Shown here: one piece after another, positions 60,786-64,000 of the stretch
Layout of the letters: every line of letters starts with the position of its first letter
Position numbering within the stretch: position 1 is the first letter of the stretch
Assembly (NCBI RefSeq): GCF_006345805.1
Contig: NC_043018.1
Location: forward strand, 10,788,001 to 10,852,000
Reading direction: 5' to 3'
DNA: 64,000 nt
From: Octopus sinensis
Lineage: Eukaryota
Made by a program: the position numbers and the translations under genes
The notes under the pieces: generated by a model
What the model was told of the DNA's origin: nothing
Database searches by the model: none
Seen by the model: only the letters and a program-made list of their open reading frames with translations

Positions 60786-61459
60786 GTCCCGGGTGACCAA
60801 AGCTTTGTGAGTGGATCTGGGAGACGGAAAATGAAAAGCATGTCGTATGTATGTATGTATGAGTGTGTGTGTGCGTGCGTGTGTGTGTGTGTGTGTGCGT
60901 GCGTTTGACCCCACCACCACCGCTGGTGGTGTGTTTACGTCCTCGAAACTTAACGGTCCGGCAAAAGATAGAGATAGAATAAGTACCAGGCTTATAAGTA
61001 GAGATAGTCCTGGGGTCAGTTTGTTTGATTAAATCCTTCAAGGCGGTGCCCCAACATGGCCGCAGTCGGATGAGTGAAACAAATACAAGAATGAAGGAGT
61101 TCGATCCCCAGCATAAGAACGGCATTATTGTTTTAACGCAGTGCCTCAGCATGGCCACAGTTTAATGACTGAACCAAGTAAAACGTAAAACACATTATAA
61201 TATATAATGGAGAATGCCCAGCAGACCGCAATAGTCAATACCAAAGAAATATATTTTTAAATTTACATTTTCTTCTTTGCGGTCCGATACCAAATAATCC
61301 ATGGCCTGGTGACCAGAGATCGCTGTGTAAGGTATTTTAAAAATGGCGCTTGTCCTCTACAAGAGTTGTCAAACTCAAGATAATTCGGCTTTTTATTCCT
61401 TACCTCTTTGCGAGCTCTTTCGCTATAAAATGGCCAAGTTGTTATGAGTAAGTGATTTA

Positions 61460-62245
61460 GGCGGCGAGCTGGCAGAAACGTTAAGCACGCCGGGCGAAAT
61501 GCGTAGCCGTATTTCGTCTGCCATTACGTTATGAGTTCAAATTCCGCCGAGGTCGACTTTGCTTTCATCTTTTCGGGGTTGATAAATTAAGTACCAGTTA
61601 CGCACTGGGATCGATATAATCGACTTAATCCGTTTGTCTATCCTTGTTTGTCTCCTGTGTTTAGCCCCTTGTGGGTAGTAAAGAAATAGGTATTTCTTCT
61701 GCCGTCGCGTTCTGTGTTCAAATTCCGCCGAGGTCGACTTTGCCTTTCATCCTTTTGGGTCGATTAAATAAGTACCAGTTACGCACTGGGGTCGATATAA
61801 TCGACTTAATCCGTTTGTCTGTCCTTGTTTGTCCTCTCTGTGTTTATTTAGCCCCTTGTGGGTAGTAAAGAAATAGGTATTTCGTCTGTCTTTACGTCCG
61901 GAGTTCAAATTCCGCCGAGGTCGACTTTGCCTTTCATCCCTTCGGGGTCGATTAAATAAGTATCAGTTACGCACTAGGGGTTGATATAATCAACTTAATC
62001 CGTTTGTCTGTCCTTGTTTGTCCCCCTCTGTGTTTAGCTCCTTGTGGGTAGTAAAGAAATAGGTATTTCGGTCGTTGCTACCTTCCGAGTTCAAATTCCG
62101 CTGACGTCAACTTTGTCTTTCATCCTTTTTGGGATCGATTAAAGTACAAGTGAATTACTGGGGGTCGATGTAATCGACTAGTCTCTTCACCCAAATTCCA
62201 GGCATTGTGCCTTCAGTAAAAAAGGGTTTATTATTATTATTATTT
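61460..62245 (+). mobile_element. SINE-A: head plus three tandem units plus a fourth unit with an alternative (TTA)n tail
   Basis: Unit starts at 61509, 61690, 61877 and 62063, all joined by aaagaaatag|gtattt. Confidence 0.9.
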
Positions 62246-62589
62246 GCTAAGATGTTTCCGTAATTTTGATGAGAGAAACATCATCTCTGAACTGGTTGAA
62301 CCACTTCTAATAAGCTCTGCTGTTGAAAGATTCTTTCACTTCAATGTATAAAAGACGTCAGTAAAAATATTACAAGATTTTGTTGTCTGATATCGTCTGT
62401 CATCAAACTTGATACTTTTTTCCGAGTGTGTGTGCGTGTGTGTGTGTGTGTTTGCAATGTGTTGTATGTGGGCATTATTGCTTGTATGTGTCGAAATGTA
62501 TGTGAGACAGGGCCTCTATCAAGCAAACGCACGCACACATTTTATATATATGTACGTGTTTAGTGTATGTGTGTGCAAGAGATATACAA

Positions 62590-62739
62590 ATATATGTATA
62601 TAAATACACATACACACACACGCACACAAATATGTACATGTATGTATATATATATATATATATGCATAATGTATACCTGTATACTTATTACACATATTTT
62701 ATATATACTTATATAGATAGATACATACATACACATACA

Positions 62740-62790
<51 letters not shown>

Positions 62791-62961
62791 TATATATATA
62801 TATATATGCACACACACGCACACACACACACACACAGAGATATATATATATGTATATATATACACGCGTATATTTGTATGTGTGCGTTTATATAGGCGCT
62901 TGTATTACGTACACACACACACACACACACAAACGCACAGACACACACACACAAACGCACA

Positions 62962-62997
<36 letters not shown>

Positions 62998-63577
62998 ATA
63001 CGCTACCAGTAAAGATAGATACTCTAAAGAAACAGTGAACCTCCAAATGTGACACTGACGAGACAACTTTCGCGCCACAAAGACATTCTGATCGTCTGCA
63101 ATTATTGAATTTAGATTTGCACGGGGGTGGGGGTGTACGAAATCGCTCTCTCTCTCCCTCTCTCTCCTCTCTCTCTCTCTCCCCTCTCTCTCTCCCCCTC
63201 TCTCTCTCCTCCTCTCTCTCCCCCTCTCTCTCCCCTCTCTCTCTCCCCTCTCTCTCTCCTCCCCTCTCTCTCTCCTCCCCTCTCTCTCTCCCTCTCTCTC
63301 TCTCTCCCCACTCTCTCTCTCTCCTCCCCTCTCTCTCCCCCCTCTCTCTCTCTCTCCCCCACCCTCTCTCTCCCCTCTCCCTCTCTCCCCTCTCTCTCCC
63401 CCTCTCTCTCTCCCTCTCTCCCCCTCTCTCCCCTCTCTCTCTCCCACTTTCTCTCTCCCCCTCTCTCTTTCTCTCTCCAACTTCTCACTGGATATTTGTT
63501 TCTATCATACATACACTCACATTTATCTATCTGTCTGTCTGTCTGTCTGTCTATCAGTCTGTCTGTCTGTCTGTCTA

Positions 63578-63656
<79 letters not shown>

Positions 63657-63885
63657 GTCTGTCTGTCTCTGCCTGCCTATCTATCTGTCTGCCTGCCTGT
63701 CTGTCTGTCTATCTATCTGTCTGTCTATCTGTCTGTCTGTCTGCCTGTCTGCCTGTCTGCCTGTCTGTCTGTCTGTCTATCTATCTGTCTACCTGTCTGT
63801 CTATCCGTCTGTCTGTCTCTCAGTCTGTCTGTCTATCCGTCTGTCTGTCTGTCTCTCAGTCTGTCTGTCTGTCTGTCTGTCTACG
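62590..63885. repeat. Compound microsatellite zone: (TA)/(CA)/(TG), (CT/CCT)n 63145-63480, (CTGT/CTAT)n 63525-63885
   Basis: Direct inspection. Confidence 0.95.
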
Positions 63886-64000
63886 CAAATACAAATACAC
63901 ACAAATGCCAATGTATCAAAAACCTTGGTGCTTGAGTTACTCTTCAGCCAGATTCTAATTACATATATTCTTTTATTCTTTTACTTGTTTCAGTCATTTG

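Overview
AT-rich, microsatellite-saturated eukaryotic DNA with no recognisable host gene, tRNA gene or intact rRNA gene. The repeat families match my recollection of Octopus (cephalopod) genomes; this is not database-verified. The window is mostly transposable elements. There are two abundant tRNA-derived SINE families (SINE-A and SINE-B, my labels), about 12 copies of a ~410-bp MITE with 8-bp TSDs and an internal TTAGGG-like tract, and three CR1-group LINE fragments, one retaining an open RT domain. It also holds R4/Dong-like restriction-endonuclease retrotransposons (two families), RTE fragments, Tc1/mariner relics, two non-autonomous Helitrons and several fold-back MITEs. The most interesting signals are six. 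(1) A chimeric SINE whose middle is replaced by the 3' ~85 nt of 5S rRNA. (2) A ~190-bp non-coding repeat family carrying a minimal hammerhead-ribozyme-like motif with non-canonical cores. (3) An R4/Dong-like element that appears to sit in (CATA)n microsatellites. (4) A LINE whose 3' tail is shared with SINE-B, a likely LINE/SINE partner pair. (5) SINE-A multimers with a fixed ~184-bp junction. (6) A 535-bp tandem unit folded back into a ~385-bp-arm palindrome. Most ORFs in the supplied track are artefacts of microsatellites or non-coding repeats.
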